Shown one piece after another: positions 10,934 through 21,412 of a DNA stretch of 64,000 nucleotides; within the stretch, counting starts at the first letter, position 1; every line of letters begins with the position of its first letter. The DNA is from an uncultured Lentisphaerales bacterium (GTDB lineage: Bacteria > Verrucomicrobiota > Lentisphaeria > JABSQK01 > UBA12247), in contig CALSSJ010000005.1 in the NCBI GenBank assembly GCA_943788985.1, positions 128,001 through 192,000 of the forward strand, in the 5' to 3' direction. The translations under genes and the position numbers were made by a program. The notes beneath the pieces are model-generated. The model searched no databases and was not told the origin of the DNA. It saw only the letters and a list, made by a program, of their open reading frames with translations.

Positions 10934-12193
10934 ATGACCGCGTGCCCGCCGGATCTCGCCCCAGAGAGCCGGTGGGCTGCGCGCAGACTGGATGTGGCCC
11001 TGCTGATCGCCGGTCTGCTGCTGTGTCTGTTTTTCACGGAGCATCGCGTGCATGGCGATGGCGCAATCCGTTTTGACTCGGTACAGGCGATTCTGCGGGG
11101 AACGATACCCGACGGAAAATACTCCTTGATCGGGCCATTGGGCGCGCTGCCATTGGTGGTTCTCGGAACGCTTGCGGAAAACCCGTATGCTGTCGCGGGC
11201 CTGTACAACTTTGCGGTGTTCGCAATTGCCCTGTTCGTGTTATGGTTTGAGCTGGGGCATGTGCTGCCTGACTCAGTGCGTCGCCGCACGCTGCTGTTGC
11301 TGGTCGCCGGATCGATGTTCGCGGCACATCAGCGCGAGTTCTACGGCGAGGTGTTTACCGCGGTTCTGCTTGCCGTCGGCAGCGTCCGGCTGGTGCGCCG
11401 GTGCGATCTCAGCGGCTGGCTGTTGATTGGTCTCGGCATTGCCAACACACCGCCGACCATCGTCGCTGGCGGCCTGCTCGCGCTGGTGCTGTGCCGCCAA
11501 CGAAAGAGCTGGCTGCCTTTGCTGGGCCCCGCGCTGCCGCTGGTGCTGATTCTGGCTGAAGCGTGGATCCGCCGCGGCTCCCCATTCGCGCTTGGCTACT
11601 CCGGCGATGCCGGGATGGTCACGGTGCTGCCATATTCCGGCAAGACAGGGTTCAGCTATCCATTTATTCTCGGCGTGGTTTCGATCCTGTTTTCAGTGGG
11701 AAAGGGGCTGCTTTTTTATGTGCCGGGACTCTTTCTGGGTGCTGCGAACTCCGCAAAACCACAGACGCGAGACCTGTGGCAACTATGGCTTGCCTTTACG
11801 ATCGGGCTGGTGGTGATTTACGCGAAATGGTGGTCCTGGTATGGTGGTTGGTTTTGGGGGCCGCGCTTCTTTCTCTTTGCCTGTTTTCCTGCTTCTCTGG
11901 CGTTGGCCTGTGAGCTGGACCGGCGGAAACTTCTTGCGGCGTTCGCAACCGTACTTTCGGTCTGGGTTTGCTTCTGTGGTGCGGTGTTTGGGCAGATGAA
12001 TGCTGGACCGCTCAGCGAAGTTGACGTGGCCTGGGAGTTCCTTACTTGGTACGTGCCAGAGAACAGCGCCATTCTGCAGCCGTTGGTCGATCCATGGCCG
12101 GTTGGTCTAAATGCCGTGCCATGGGCCCTGTTCAGTTTGGTGGTTGTCGCCCGTCTCCTGATTCCGGTGTTTCGTGAAGATTCTCGCGCTTGA
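10934..12193 (+). CDS. Multi-pass membrane protein, GT-C-like glycosyltransferase candidate
   Basis: Many TM helices and a WWSWYGGWFWGPRF motif. Overlaps the downstream glycosyltransferase. Confidence 0.55.
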   Translation: MTACPPDLAPESRWAARRLDVALLIAGLLLCLFFTEHRVHGDGAIRFDSVQAILRGTIPDGKYSLIGPLGALPLVVLGTLAENPYAVAGLYNFAVFAIALFVLWFELGHVLPDSVRRRTLLLLVAGSMFAAHQREFYGEVFTAVLLAVGSVRLVRRCDLSGWLLIGLGIANTPPTIVAGGLLALVLCRQRKSWLPLLGPALPLVLILAEAWIRRGSPFALGYSGDAGMVTVLPYSGKTGFSYPFILGVVSILFSVGKGLLFYVPGLFLGAANSAKPQTRDLWQLWLAFTIGLVVIYAKWWSWYGGWFWGPRFFLFACFPASLALACELDRRKLLAAFATVLSVWVCFCGAVFGQMNAGPLSEVDVAWEFLTWYVPENSAILQPLVDPWPVGLNAVPWALFSLVVVARLLIPVFREDSRA

Positions 12194-13259
12194 GCCTTTT
12201 TATGGGGGCAGCCACCGCGCATTTTTGCGTCAGTGGCAACAGCACAGCTGTCACGACTTCACGCTGCTGACCCTGCCTGACAGAAACTGGAAGTGGCGAA
12301 TGCGTCACGCGGCCCTCACGTTTGCCGCGCAATTGCGAGAGCGCACCGAGACCTGGGATGTGATTTGGTGTTCCGACATGCTCGATGTGGCCAGCTTCCG
12401 CGGGCTACTTCCCTGCGAACTTCGCAAGTTGCCCGTAGTTCTCTATTTTCACGAGAATCAACTGACCTATCCGGATCGTACGGCGAGACCGCGCGATCAT
12501 CACTTTGCCTACACCAACATTATCAGTGCGATCTCCGCAGATGCCGTCTGGTTCAATAGCGAATATCACCGCAGCAGCTTCTATGAGGCCGCAGAGGCGT
12601 TTCTCCGGCGCATGCCGGATCATGCGCATCTGGAAGAGTTGCGGAGTTCGCAACAACGTTCGGCGGTGCATCCACCGGGGATTGATTCGGTGCCCGCGCG
12701 AGTATCGGTGCGAAACGGGCCGTTACGGATTTTGTGGAACGCGCGCTGGGAGCATGACAAGAATCCTGAGACGTTTTTCGCCGCGCTGCGCCTGTTGCAC
12801 GAGACGGGTACGGCGTTCGAGGTGGATGTGTTGGGGGAACAGTACGCCAAGCAGCCAGCGGTGTTTGCGGAGTTCGCAACAGACCACGTCGAGCATGTGA
12901 ACCGTTGGGGGCATCAGGACAGTCGTGCGGATTACGCCGAGGCGCTGCGGGAGGCCGATGTGGTGGCATCCACCGCTTACCACGAATTCTTTGGGATCGC
13001 GGTACTGGAAGCGGTCGCGGCTGGGGCCTGGCCGCTGGTGCCGGAGCGCCTGGCCTATCCTGAGACGCTGGCGCGCTGGCCAGCGGAGAGTCGAGATCGC
13101 GTATTTCACGATGGGAGCGCTGCGGATCTGTGCGCGAAGCTGGAGGCCTGGAAGCGCCCGGAATGGGTGCCGGACCCCGGGGAAATCCTCAGTCCTTATT
13201 ACTGGCAGGCCACAGCTGGGAAGATGGACCAGGCGCTGGCCCAGAACGAAAATCTGTGA
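12174..13259 (+). CDS. DUF3524-domain GT4-type glycosyltransferase (GTDC1/QTMAN homologue)
   Basis: LEPFYGGSH, WKWRMR, YFHENQLTYP, RWEHDKNP and HEFFGIAVLEA motifs. Confidence 0.85.
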   Translation: MKILALEPFYGGSHRAFLRQWQQHSCHDFTLLTLPDRNWKWRMRHAALTFAAQLRERTETWDVIWCSDMLDVASFRGLLPCELRKLPVVLYFHENQLTYPDRTARPRDHHFAYTNIISAISADAVWFNSEYHRSSFYEAAEAFLRRMPDHAHLEELRSSQQRSAVHPPGIDSVPARVSVRNGPLRILWNARWEHDKNPETFFAALRLLHETGTAFEVDVLGEQYAKQPAVFAEFATDHVEHVNRWGHQDSRADYAEALREADVVASTAYHEFFGIAVLEAVAAGAWPLVPERLAYPETLARWPAESRDRVFHDGSAADLCAKLEAWKRPEWVPDPGEILSPYYWQATAGKMDQALAQNENL

Positions 13260-13393
13260 ATCTGTAGATATTTTTGGAAAGAGACTAAACCCCACGCGGT
13301 TTAGGGGCGTACAAGCGGCAAGCAAATGTTTCTAACCCCGACCCCACAGCTCCCTTGTTCATCTCTTACGGAACCACTCATCAGGAGAACATC

Positions 13394-14386
13394 ATGAAAT
13401 CCTTCACCGCACTTCTTCTCACTCTCATTCTCGCCATCTCCGTCCAGGCACAACGCCCCGGCGGTCCTGGTGGTGGCGATCGCCCGGAGCCAAGCCCCGA
13501 GCAACAGGCTCTAATCGACCAGATCCGCCAGATCAAGGCCGACATTCACGCCGCACTGATCGCCGCAAGCACTGAGTATGCCGACCTGGCAGCTCTCGAA
13601 AGCCCGACGTTCGAAGATCGCCGCCGGATGGCTGAACTGCGCCACGAATTGGTCCCGACTGAGGCGATTGAGCTGACTGAAACCCTGCGTGACCTGACCG
13701 GGCAGCTGAACGACCTGCGTCCTGAACGTCCACCACGTCCAGACCGCCCCGAACGTCCCGAACTGACCGAAGAGCAGTTGGCTGCGATCGAGGCTCACAA
13801 GGCCGCTGTTAAGGCTGCCCATGACGCCCTGAATGACATCTTGGTGGCTGCCGATGCTACAGGCCGCTACGCTGCGTTGCTGGCTGTCGAAGAGCCAACC
13901 CGTGCAGAGCGCCAGGAATTGAATGAGCTGCGTCGCCAGTTGATCGAAGGTTCTGATGAAGCGCAGACGCAGATCGACGCCATCAAGGCATTGAACGAGC
14001 AGTTCCGTACCGACAATCCAGACCTGCGCCCCAGCCCGCGCCGTGTGGCTCGCCATCTGCGGCATGAAGTTCGCCAAGACATTGCTGAAGTGCGCGATCT
14101 GAACGACCAGTTGAACGCGCTGCTGGCAGCTGACTCTGTGGAGTACGCAGAGCTGATCGCCAAGGAAGACAAGACTCCTGAAGATCGTGAGCGTATCGGC
14201 GAATTACGTGCCGAGTTGATCGCGGCAAACGAAGATGCACAGGCTGTGGCCGACCAGATTCAGGATGCTCGCCAGGAAGTTCGCCAGGATGTGCGCCGCT
14301 TGCGGCACGTCCGTGATCACGTCAATGGCCCGCGTCCCGGTCCCGTTGATCGTACCGATGATGGCGACACAGGCGGTACTGAGTAA
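13394..14386 (+). CDS. Secreted all-helical protein with three internal repeats
   Basis: AGGAG RBS, signal peptide (..SVQA), three repeats of Y(A/E)xL....PT.E(D/R)R....ELR..L, followed by a terminator. Confidence 0.8.
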   Translation: MKSFTALLLTLILAISVQAQRPGGPGGGDRPEPSPEQQALIDQIRQIKADIHAALIAASTEYADLAALESPTFEDRRRMAELRHELVPTEAIELTETLRDLTGQLNDLRPERPPRPDRPERPELTEEQLAAIEAHKAAVKAAHDALNDILVAADATGRYAALLAVEEPTRAERQELNELRRQLIEGSDEAQTQIDAIKALNEQFRTDNPDLRPSPRRVARHLRHEVRQDIAEVRDLNDQLNALLAADSVEYAELIAKEDKTPEDRERIGELRAELIAANEDAQAVADQIQDARQEVRQDVRRLRHVRDHVNGPRPGPVDRTDDGDTGGTE

Positions 14387-14403
14387 CACTTAGCCGCCGT
14401 AAT

Positions 14404-14442
14404 AAGGGCTTTGCTGAGACTTCGGTCTTGGCAAAGCCCTTT
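14404..14442 (+). terminator. Rho-independent terminator
   Basis: AAGGGCTTTGCTGAGAC-TTCG-GTCTTGGCAAAGCCCTTT hairpin right after the 14386 stop. Confidence 0.8.
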
Positions 14443-14461
14443 CTTGCGTCAAATTCCCTGC

Positions 14462-17026
14462 ATGATACGACGCATTCTTTTCCGCAGAGACTGTCTCTGC
14501 ATTTTGATGATTTCCGCCTGCTGGCTCCCAGCGGCGGATCTTTACGTTTCCGCCAGCGGTAGCGCGACTGCGCCTTATGACTCCGTGGCAACAGCGGTCA
14601 CGACCATTCAGGCCGGTATTGACGCCGCGCAGTCCGGCGACACCATTCACATCATCCCCGGGCTTTATCGCGAAACTCTGACAGTCGCGGGCAAGGCACT
14701 TACCCTCGAAGGCGATGGCATTGCGCAGACGCGGCTGGATGCGAACTTCGCAGGATCGGCACTTGCGATTTCCGCAAACGCGTCGGTCACGCTGCGAGGC
14801 CTGACCATCAGTGGTGGCCTGGCAACACTTGGCGGCGGAATCTCGGTCGTAGACGCTGGGCTCACTGCCAGCAACGTGCGCATCACGGCCTGTCGAGCCG
14901 GGCGCGGAGGGGGGCTCTACGCGAACAACGCAATTGTGTCTGTAAACGACTCGGTCATCGATGGCTGTGATGGCTACATCTCAGAGTCGGGGGCTGGAAA
15001 GGGCGGGGCGATCTACGTGCTCTACTCGCCTGCCGGGATCCCAGCAAGTTTTGCGAACTGTGCAATTCATGGCAATCGGGCCGTATATGGCGTCGTGCGC
15101 GCCTGGGCCTCAGAGGCCGTGTTTCGGCAGTGCCAGTTTTTTGAGAACCGCGCAGAGTCGGACATCATTGAATTGCAGTCGGCGAGTCATGTGGACTTTG
15201 TCGACTGCTTAATTCACTCGAACCAGTCCCTTTCTCGGAGCTGTCTGGCTATCTACAACGAGAGTACCAGCGAGCTTGCCTATTGCACTATCACCGAGAA
15301 TGAGTCGCTGGGGGATGAGTCCGTGGTTTACGTAGATGTGTGGTCTTCGTTCTCATGCTATAACAGTGCGCTGCAGCGCAATTCGCCCGACAGGCTGGAG
15401 GTGCCATCCACCGCCGTATTCGCTGGCTCGGCGCTGTCCACGGCACCTGCTGGGTTCAGAATTATATCTATCGCCGAGGCGTTCTCGAGCAGCAGTGAGG
15501 GCGCATACTTCCTTGCGAACACCGCAGCTGCGCCCACTGAGTTTATCGGCCTCGGCGTGAGTGCAGGGCCTTCTTATGTGGTCGCTGAGAACGTCCGGCG
15601 CTGCTTTGCTGCGGAAGAAACTCCGGCAGCGGTGTTAAACGCGGGCTACGGCTATCCATTCGGTATCTTGGGGAGCCTGAAGGTGGCAACTCTGCCGGAA
15701 TGGACGGCGACAGGAACAGGCCAGCCGTCTCGCTGGTATATGCTTGAGGAATCGGCAACGATGGATTTTTCCGCGTTCAGCAGTCGGACGATTGGCCCGC
15801 TTACGGCGGTAAGCAGCGCTGTCGGGATTCCAGAGCCGACGGAGGCCGGACTGTTGCTACAACGGCTGCGCAGCTCCGCGCCGCTGGGGAACAGCGTGGC
15901 GATCCAGCTGGAAGATAATGCGCAGGCAGCAGTGGTGGGCGTTCGCGTGGACCTACTCGCCGCGGATGGAACGGAGTGGTATGGCGCCGGCGTTTCAGAT
16001 GCGCAGGGCCAGGCAATCATGCAGAATGTGCCGGATGGATCGTACACGGTCCTGGCGGGAAGCGTGAGCGCCGACTACGTCTCCACCTTTTTGGGCAATG
16101 CAGGCGCGGTGGGGGCGGCGACTACTTTTGACCTGCGCAGTGGCTCACGTGCGACTGGCACCATCACGCTGGCCGGCGGCAACCGCATCGAGGGCCACGC
16201 GCGCATTGCGGGGACCGCGACTTTTCTGCCAGATGTAGCGGTGGTCATTTACGATAGCTCAGATACGCCAGTGAAGAGCGCGGTGACAGACGCGGTTGGC
16301 AACTACTCGATCGGGGGGTTACCCAACGGTACGTATCGTGCGCTCGGCCAGAACTCACCCGCATACTCAGATTCCTACTACTTTAATCAGGCGGACCTGG
16401 CCAGCGCAAACGGTGTGGCTGTTTCGGGTAGCTCGACAGTGAATAGCGTGAATCTGAATCTTGGAGCCAAGCTGGCGATCACCGGCGAGGTGACACTGCC
16501 TGACCAGGGAAACCTGTTTCAGATTACCGTGGTGTTGTACGATGCGTCGACGTTTGAAGAGCGGTCCTTTACATTCTGTGATTCGCTCGGGCAGTACACG
16601 CTGTATGCGAGCCCCGGCACGTATATTGTCTCTGCCGGAGAGGGATCTTCCTATGTCGTGACCTACAGCGCCTCGCTCACGGTCACGAGTCAGCCGGTTA
16701 CGGGTCAGGATTTCATCCTGTCGCAGGGCGGCACCATCTCTGGACGGATCACAGACTCATCGGCCGTCCCGTTGAGCGGTATCTACGTGGACATCTACGA
16801 AACGGACGGGACAACCTATGTGACTTCGGCGCTGACCGGCGCGAACGGTACCTATACTACGCCGGAGCTTGGCGCAGGCGACTATTTTGTGCTTGCCTAC
16901 GGAGATCCAAGCTATACGAATTTGTGGTATCCGGGGACGTCGAACCCCACGTCAGCCACCACAGTTGGCGTCGTCGCCGGGCAGGATACGCCCAACATCA
17001 ACATCGCTATTTCGCTCGCCCGGTAG
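14462..17026 (+). CDS. Secreted protein: parallel beta-helix (pectin-lyase-like) plus carboxypeptidase-regulatory-like repeats
   Basis: LYVSASGSATAPY..TIQAGIDAAQSGDTI..G.Y.E start, GGG repeats, repeated T...G.Y....L..G.Y.V modules. Confidence 0.75.
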   Translation: MIRRILFRRDCLCILMISACWLPAADLYVSASGSATAPYDSVATAVTTIQAGIDAAQSGDTIHIIPGLYRETLTVAGKALTLEGDGIAQTRLDANFAGSALAISANASVTLRGLTISGGLATLGGGISVVDAGLTASNVRITACRAGRGGGLYANNAIVSVNDSVIDGCDGYISESGAGKGGAIYVLYSPAGIPASFANCAIHGNRAVYGVVRAWASEAVFRQCQFFENRAESDIIELQSASHVDFVDCLIHSNQSLSRSCLAIYNESTSELAYCTITENESLGDESVVYVDVWSSFSCYNSALQRNSPDRLEVPSTAVFAGSALSTAPAGFRIISIAEAFSSSSEGAYFLANTAAAPTEFIGLGVSAGPSYVVAENVRRCFAAEETPAAVLNAGYGYPFGILGSLKVATLPEWTATGTGQPSRWYMLEESATMDFSAFSSRTIGPLTAVSSAVGIPEPTEAGLLLQRLRSSAPLGNSVAIQLEDNAQAAVVGVRVDLLAADGTEWYGAGVSDAQGQAIMQNVPDGSYTVLAGSVSADYVSTFLGNAGAVGAATTFDLRSGSRATGTITLAGGNRIEGHARIAGTATFLPDVAVVIYDSSDTPVKSAVTDAVGNYSIGGLPNGTYRALGQNSPAYSDSYYFNQADLASANGVAVSGSSTVNSVNLNLGAKLAITGEVTLPDQGNLFQITVVLYDASTFEERSFTFCDSLGQYTLYASPGTYIVSAGEGSSYVVTYSASLTVTSQPVTGQDFILSQGGTISGRITDSSAVPLSGIYVDIYETDGTTYVTSALTGANGTYTTPELGAGDYFVLAYGDPSYTNLWYPGTSNPTSATTVGVVAGQDTPNINIAISLAR

Positions 17027-17039
17027 GGAGCCGCAGCTT

Positions 17040-18032
17040 ATGTATCGCCTTTCTTCTCTTTCTCAGTTGCCGGATGTCGGGCTATCGCGCTGTGCGATCA
17101 CCTGCGGGGTCTTCGATGGCGTCCATGTGGGACATCAGTCTATTCTGAAGCAGCTGCACGAATGCGCCACGGAAACCGATGCGTTCCCGGTGGCAGTGAC
17201 GTTCGACCCACACCCACGCGCGGTGCTGCGACCGGAGGCAGCACCGCGACTGTTGTTCTCGATCGACCATCGGCTAGATTTTCTAGAGGACGAGGGGGTG
17301 AAGGCGGCGGTGACCCTGCGTTTTGACCGCGAGCTCTGCGCGCTTTCTGCTGCGGAGTTCGCAAATCAAGTGTTGGGCCCGGCCGGGCTGGAGATCGCTG
17401 CGATTTGCGTGGGGGACAGCTGGCGGTTTGGCGCCAAGGCATCGGGGACTGTCGCAGACCTCCGGCGCTTCTTTCCGGCCGCCAAGGTGGTGGGCGTCTC
17501 AGAAACTGAGCTGACGGACGCCGTGGTCAGCAGCACCAGAATTCGCGCAGCGGTGCAGGCCGGTGACCTGCCGCAGGCAGAACAGCTGCTGGGGCGGACT
17601 TTTTCCGTGCGTGGCACGGTCGTGCGGGGGAAGGGGCTCGGGCGGACGCTGTTGGGCTGTGCCACGGCAAATTTGCACCTGACCGATTACGTAAGCCCGC
17701 CAAAGGGGATCTACGCTTGCGAGGCGTCGCTGTTCCCGGAAGATGGGAGGCGAGAACATGCGGAGAGGCACGCCGCAGCGGTGTACATCGGGCATGCGCC
17801 AACAGTATCAGCAGGGCAGCCTTTGACGCTCGAGGCACATCTGTTTGATTTCTCCGAGGACATTTACGACCGTACGATCGAAGTAAAGTTCTTGAAACGA
17901 CTACGGAATGACGAACGTTTTGACAGCCTCGAGACGTTGCGCGCACAAATTCAGCGCGATCTGCTTGAGGCGCGCCAGGTCCTGCATAGAGCAGGTGTAT
18001 GTAGCCGACCACTGACCGCGGAGTTGCCATGA
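17040..18032 (+). CDS. ribF: Bifunctional riboflavin kinase/FAD synthetase
   Basis: GVFDGVHVGH, TFDPHP, VSSTRIR, GRTLLG.ATAN and EAHLFDF motifs. Confidence 0.95.
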   Translation: MYRLSSLSQLPDVGLSRCAITCGVFDGVHVGHQSILKQLHECATETDAFPVAVTFDPHPRAVLRPEAAPRLLFSIDHRLDFLEDEGVKAAVTLRFDRELCALSAAEFANQVLGPAGLEIAAICVGDSWRFGAKASGTVADLRRFFPAAKVVGVSETELTDAVVSSTRIRAAVQAGDLPQAEQLLGRTFSVRGTVVRGKGLGRTLLGCATANLHLTDYVSPPKGIYACEASLFPEDGRREHAERHAAAVYIGHAPTVSAGQPLTLEAHLFDFSEDIYDRTIEVKFLKRLRNDERFDSLETLRAQIQRDLLEARQVLHRAGVCSRPLTAELP

Positions 18033-18940
18033 AGATCCAATGTCCACATTGTGAAGTTGTGATCGAGACGCCCTTGAGAACCTTTGGGCAGAAGATCCGC
18101 TGCGCAAACTGCCAGGGAGTGACCCTTGTTCCGCTGCTGCGGGTAGCGCCCACGGTGGTGATTCACAAGTACGTGATCAAGTCGAAACTACGCGAGTCTC
18201 CATTTGGGGCGCGCTTTCTGGCAAGACATCTTGAACATGGCTATGACCTGGAACTCACGATCTTTCCAGATGACATCGCCAAGCTACCAGGCTTCTCGAA
18301 CTCTTTCGGCGCGATCTCCAAGCGAGTGGCGGCTCTTGAGCATCAGAACCTGATGCGCTCCGCGGGACTCGGGAGCGACGATGAGATTTTCTATTGCCTT
18401 TGCGAGCATGTGGACGGTGAAAATCTGCGGGCGCACTTGGATTCCTGCGGGCCACTGGCACATGTGGCGGCGGTGAATCTCTGCCGGAGCGTCGCTGTCG
18501 TGCTGCAGTACGTGCAGGAAGAGATTGGAGAGTGCCACGGTAATGTGAAGCCAGCAAACATCATGGTGGATACGGATGGTGTCGCGAAGCTGAGCGGATT
18601 GGCCACCTCAATCTACTCCAGGAGGCATGGGGGAGATGACGTCGTCGGTACGCCATACTACGTGAGTCCTGAGACACTGCTGGGGCAGCCGCTGGATTTA
18701 CGGAGTGATATTTTTAGCCTTGGCTGCACGCTTTATCACTGCATTACGGGCGTGCCACCCTACCGCGGTGGAAGTCCGAGGGATGTTGCGCATCGGCGGC
18801 TTACCGAAACTCCTACTCCGATTTCCGAGTTGGCACCTGGCGTGCCAGAAGAGACGCTGTGGGTGATTGAGCGAATGATGGCCCGCAGCCTTGCGGACCG
18901 CTATTCGGACTACAGGTCCCTGCTGGCTGATCTGGTCTAG
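18029..18940 (+). CDS. Zinc-ribbon Ser/Thr kinase-like protein with degenerate catalytic motifs (pseudokinase)
   Basis: CPHC..CANC ribbon. HGNVKPANI, GTPYYVSPE and SDIFSLG motifs present, but no VAIK lysine, HRD or DFG. Confidence 0.8.
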   Translation: MKIQCPHCEVVIETPLRTFGQKIRCANCQGVTLVPLLRVAPTVVIHKYVIKSKLRESPFGARFLARHLEHGYDLELTIFPDDIAKLPGFSNSFGAISKRVAALEHQNLMRSAGLGSDDEIFYCLCEHVDGENLRAHLDSCGPLAHVAAVNLCRSVAVVLQYVQEEIGECHGNVKPANIMVDTDGVAKLSGLATSIYSRRHGGDDVVGTPYYVSPETLLGQPLDLRSDIFSLGCTLYHCITGVPPYRGGSPRDVAHRRLTETPTPISELAPGVPEETLWVIERMMARSLADRYSDYRSLLADLV

Positions 18941-19095
18941 TCAGGGTCCCCGTGCTCTTCGTCTTGTTTTTGGACGAGACCCCTGCGGAGTTGTCACAAA
19001 GTCAATGCGTCATCCTGCTTGCAAGTCGCGAGTCCTAAGACAGGCAAAGACACCGAACAGTCTCCGCTTCAGTTGGTGCTACCACAGCGTGACGT

Positions 19096-19389
19096 TCAGA
19101 TGCCTGCTCTCGCCTTTGCTGCTGAGAAGGCGACGTAGAATGCGAGGGCAATGGGCAGACCGAGCATCACACCAGCGGCCACGATGAACGGCAGGCCAAT
19201 GGTGGCTGAACTGCTGCCATAGGAGATCACCGTATTTTTCCCGGAGTCGGAACTCAGCCCAATGCGGTTGCCCGCGATGGTGATGGTCCAGTCATACTTT
19301 CCAGCGCTCCTGGGGAACTCGCTGCTGGCGAATGCAGAAAGGCAACCAAGAACGACCCAGACAAGCGCCCAGCTCCGAAGCCGGGGCAC
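19096..19389 (-). CDS. Small exported/membrane protein
   Basis: Signal peptide and C-terminal TM. Start abuts the ftsH stop. Confidence 0.55.
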   Translation of the reverse strand: MPRLRSWALVWVVLGCLSAFASSEFPRSAGKYDWTITIAGNRIGLSSDSGKNTVISYGSSSATIGLPFIVAAGVMLGLPIALAFYVAFSAAKARAGI

Positions 19390-21395
19390 TATGCTTCGTC
19401 TGCTGGCGGCTTGGCTGCGGTCTCTGCAGACTCTGTGGCCGCGATTGCTTCTGGCTCTGGCTCTGGCTCTGCCTCTACGCTGTCTTCTGATTCGCTGGAA
19501 CTCATGCGCCTGTCTATCTGCCCCTTGCTCTGCAAACCAAGCAGCTCACGGATCGCTATTACGTCCATGGTCTCGTTTTGGAGGAGGGCTTTGCCGAGTG
19601 CTTCAAGTTGGTCGCGATGATCGGACAGGAGTTTTCTGGCGCGCAAGGCGACGCTGTCGACGATGGCTTTGATCTCAATATCGATCTCTCGTGCGGTAGC
19701 CTCGCTAAGCTCACTTTTGCGTCCCATGTCCCGACCGACAAAAACTGGCTGCTCGCCGGAATCATAGGCAAGCATGCCCATCTTATCGCTCATGCCAAAC
19801 TGGCAGACCATGCGCCGGGCGAGCTGGGTGGCTTGCCGAATATCCATGGCAGCCCCGCTCGTGATCTCGTTGAAAATGAGCTGTTCGGCAAAGCGTCCGC
19901 CCATCAGCACGGTCAGCTCATCAATCATTTCCGAGCGGGTCTGGGTGTACTTGTCGCGCTCCGGGAAATGGATGGTGGCACCGAGAAAGGAGTTGCCTCT
20001 GGGGATGATGGTAACTTTGTGCAGTGGCGTGGCATGCTCGCAATAGAGGCAAAGCAGCGCATGTCCGGCTTCATGGTAGGCTGTGACTTCCCGATCTCGC
20101 TCATCTACCTCACGGCTGCGGCGCTCCTTGCCCCAACAGACTTTGTCACGGGCTTCCTCAAAATCACTCATCGCCACAGCCTCTTTGTTCTGGCGGGCAG
20201 CCAGCAGCGCTGCTTCGTTGATAATGTTTGCCAGGTCGGCACCGCTGAATCCCGGGGTGCCGCGTGCCACGACAGGGAGATCCACGGTATCACTCATTTT
20301 TATCTTCTTGGAGTGTACCTTGAGAATGCCCAGGCGTCCTTTTACATCCGGAAGGTCGACATTGATCTGACGATCGAAGCGGCCGGGGCGCAACAGAGCG
20401 GGATCAAGTACATCTGGTCGGTTGGTGGCAGCAACAACAATGACCCCGGTGTTGTTCTCGAAACCGTCCATTTCCACGAGCAGGGCGTTGAGCGTCTGTT
20501 CGCGCTCGTCGTGGCCACCGCCCATGCCGCTGAACCGAGAACGGCCGACAGCGTCAATCTCGTCGATAAAGATGATGCATGGCGCATTCTTTTTTGCTTG
20601 TTCGAACATGTCACGGACGCGGCTGGCGCCGACACCGACGAACATTTCGACGAAATCCGAGCCGCTGATGCTGAAGAAGGGGACCTCAGCTTCGCCAGCG
20701 ATGGCGCGGGCTAGCAGGGTTTTGCCGGTCCCCGGGGGGCCCACCATCAGCACGCCGCGGGGCAAGCGGCCGCCTAGCTTGTGGAATTTTGCCGGATCTT
20801 GCAGGTACTCGGCGATCTCTGAGACGTCTTCGAGGGCTTCTTCGATGCCGGCGACGTCGCTAAAAGTGACGCGCTCTGCGGTCTGATTTAGCTTGGCCCG
20901 GCTCTTACCGAACTGCATGGCACCTTTTCCTGCGCGATTTAGCTGCTTACTAAAGAACCACCAGGCGATGATGATGAGCAAGACAAAGGGCAGGCTCGAA
21001 AGGAAGATCTTGACGAGCGTATTGCCTTGGGTCACGGGCGTCCATTGGACGCCTGATTCCGTAAGCAGAGCATCGAAGCGTTCACTCCAAATTAGCTCTG
21101 CTTGGAATTTGATGCCTTCAGCTGCGCCCTTCTCGAGGTACTCGCCCTCGGCAATTAGTTTTCCCTCAGTGGGGTCTTTGAGGAGAGTGACTTCCTTGAT
21201 CTCATCCTTTACCAAGCGCCGCTCGAATTCGGACTGGCCTATACTTTCTGCTTTTCCTTGACGATTGGTTAGGAAAATTACAAAGGCAAACAAAGCGATA
21301 AAGCCGATGATATAGATGAAGAAGCCAGGAACGGCAGAGCCGGGGCGGTTCTCGCTGCGGCGACGTGATTCGCCGCGTTTGTTATTGTCGTCCAT
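19389..21395 (-). CDS. ftsH: ATP-dependent zinc metalloprotease FtsH
   Basis: Two TM helices, [24 protein letters not shown] and HEAGH motifs. Confidence 0.98.
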   Translation of the reverse strand: MDDNNKRGESRRRSENRPGSAVPGFFIYIIGFIALFAFVIFLTNRQGKAESIGQSEFERRLVKDEIKEVTLLKDPTEGKLIAEGEYLEKGAAEGIKFQAELIWSERFDALLTESGVQWTPVTQGNTLVKIFLSSLPFVLLIIIAWWFFSKQLNRAGKGAMQFGKSRAKLNQTAERVTFSDVAGIEEALEDVSEIAEYLQDPAKFHKLGGRLPRGVLMVGPPGTGKTLLARAIAGEAEVPFFSISGSDFVEMFVGVGASRVRDMFEQAKKNAPCIIFIDEIDAVGRSRFSGMGGGHDEREQTLNALLVEMDGFENNTGVIVVAATNRPDVLDPALLRPGRFDRQINVDLPDVKGRLGILKVHSKKIKMSDTVDLPVVARGTPGFSGADLANIINEAALLAARQNKEAVAMSDFEEARDKVCWGKERRSREVDERDREVTAYHEAGHALLCLYCEHATPLHKVTIIPRGNSFLGATIHFPERDKYTQTRSEMIDELTVLMGGRFAEQLIFNEITSGAAMDIRQATQLARRMVCQFGMSDKMGMLAYDSGEQPVFVGRDMGRKSELSEATAREIDIEIKAIVDSVALRARKLLSDHRDQLEALGKALLQNETMDVIAIRELLGLQSKGQIDRRMSSSESEDSVEAEPEPEPEAIAATESAETAAKPPADEA

Positions 21396-21412
21396 GCGTG
21401 GGATCCGGTGAG

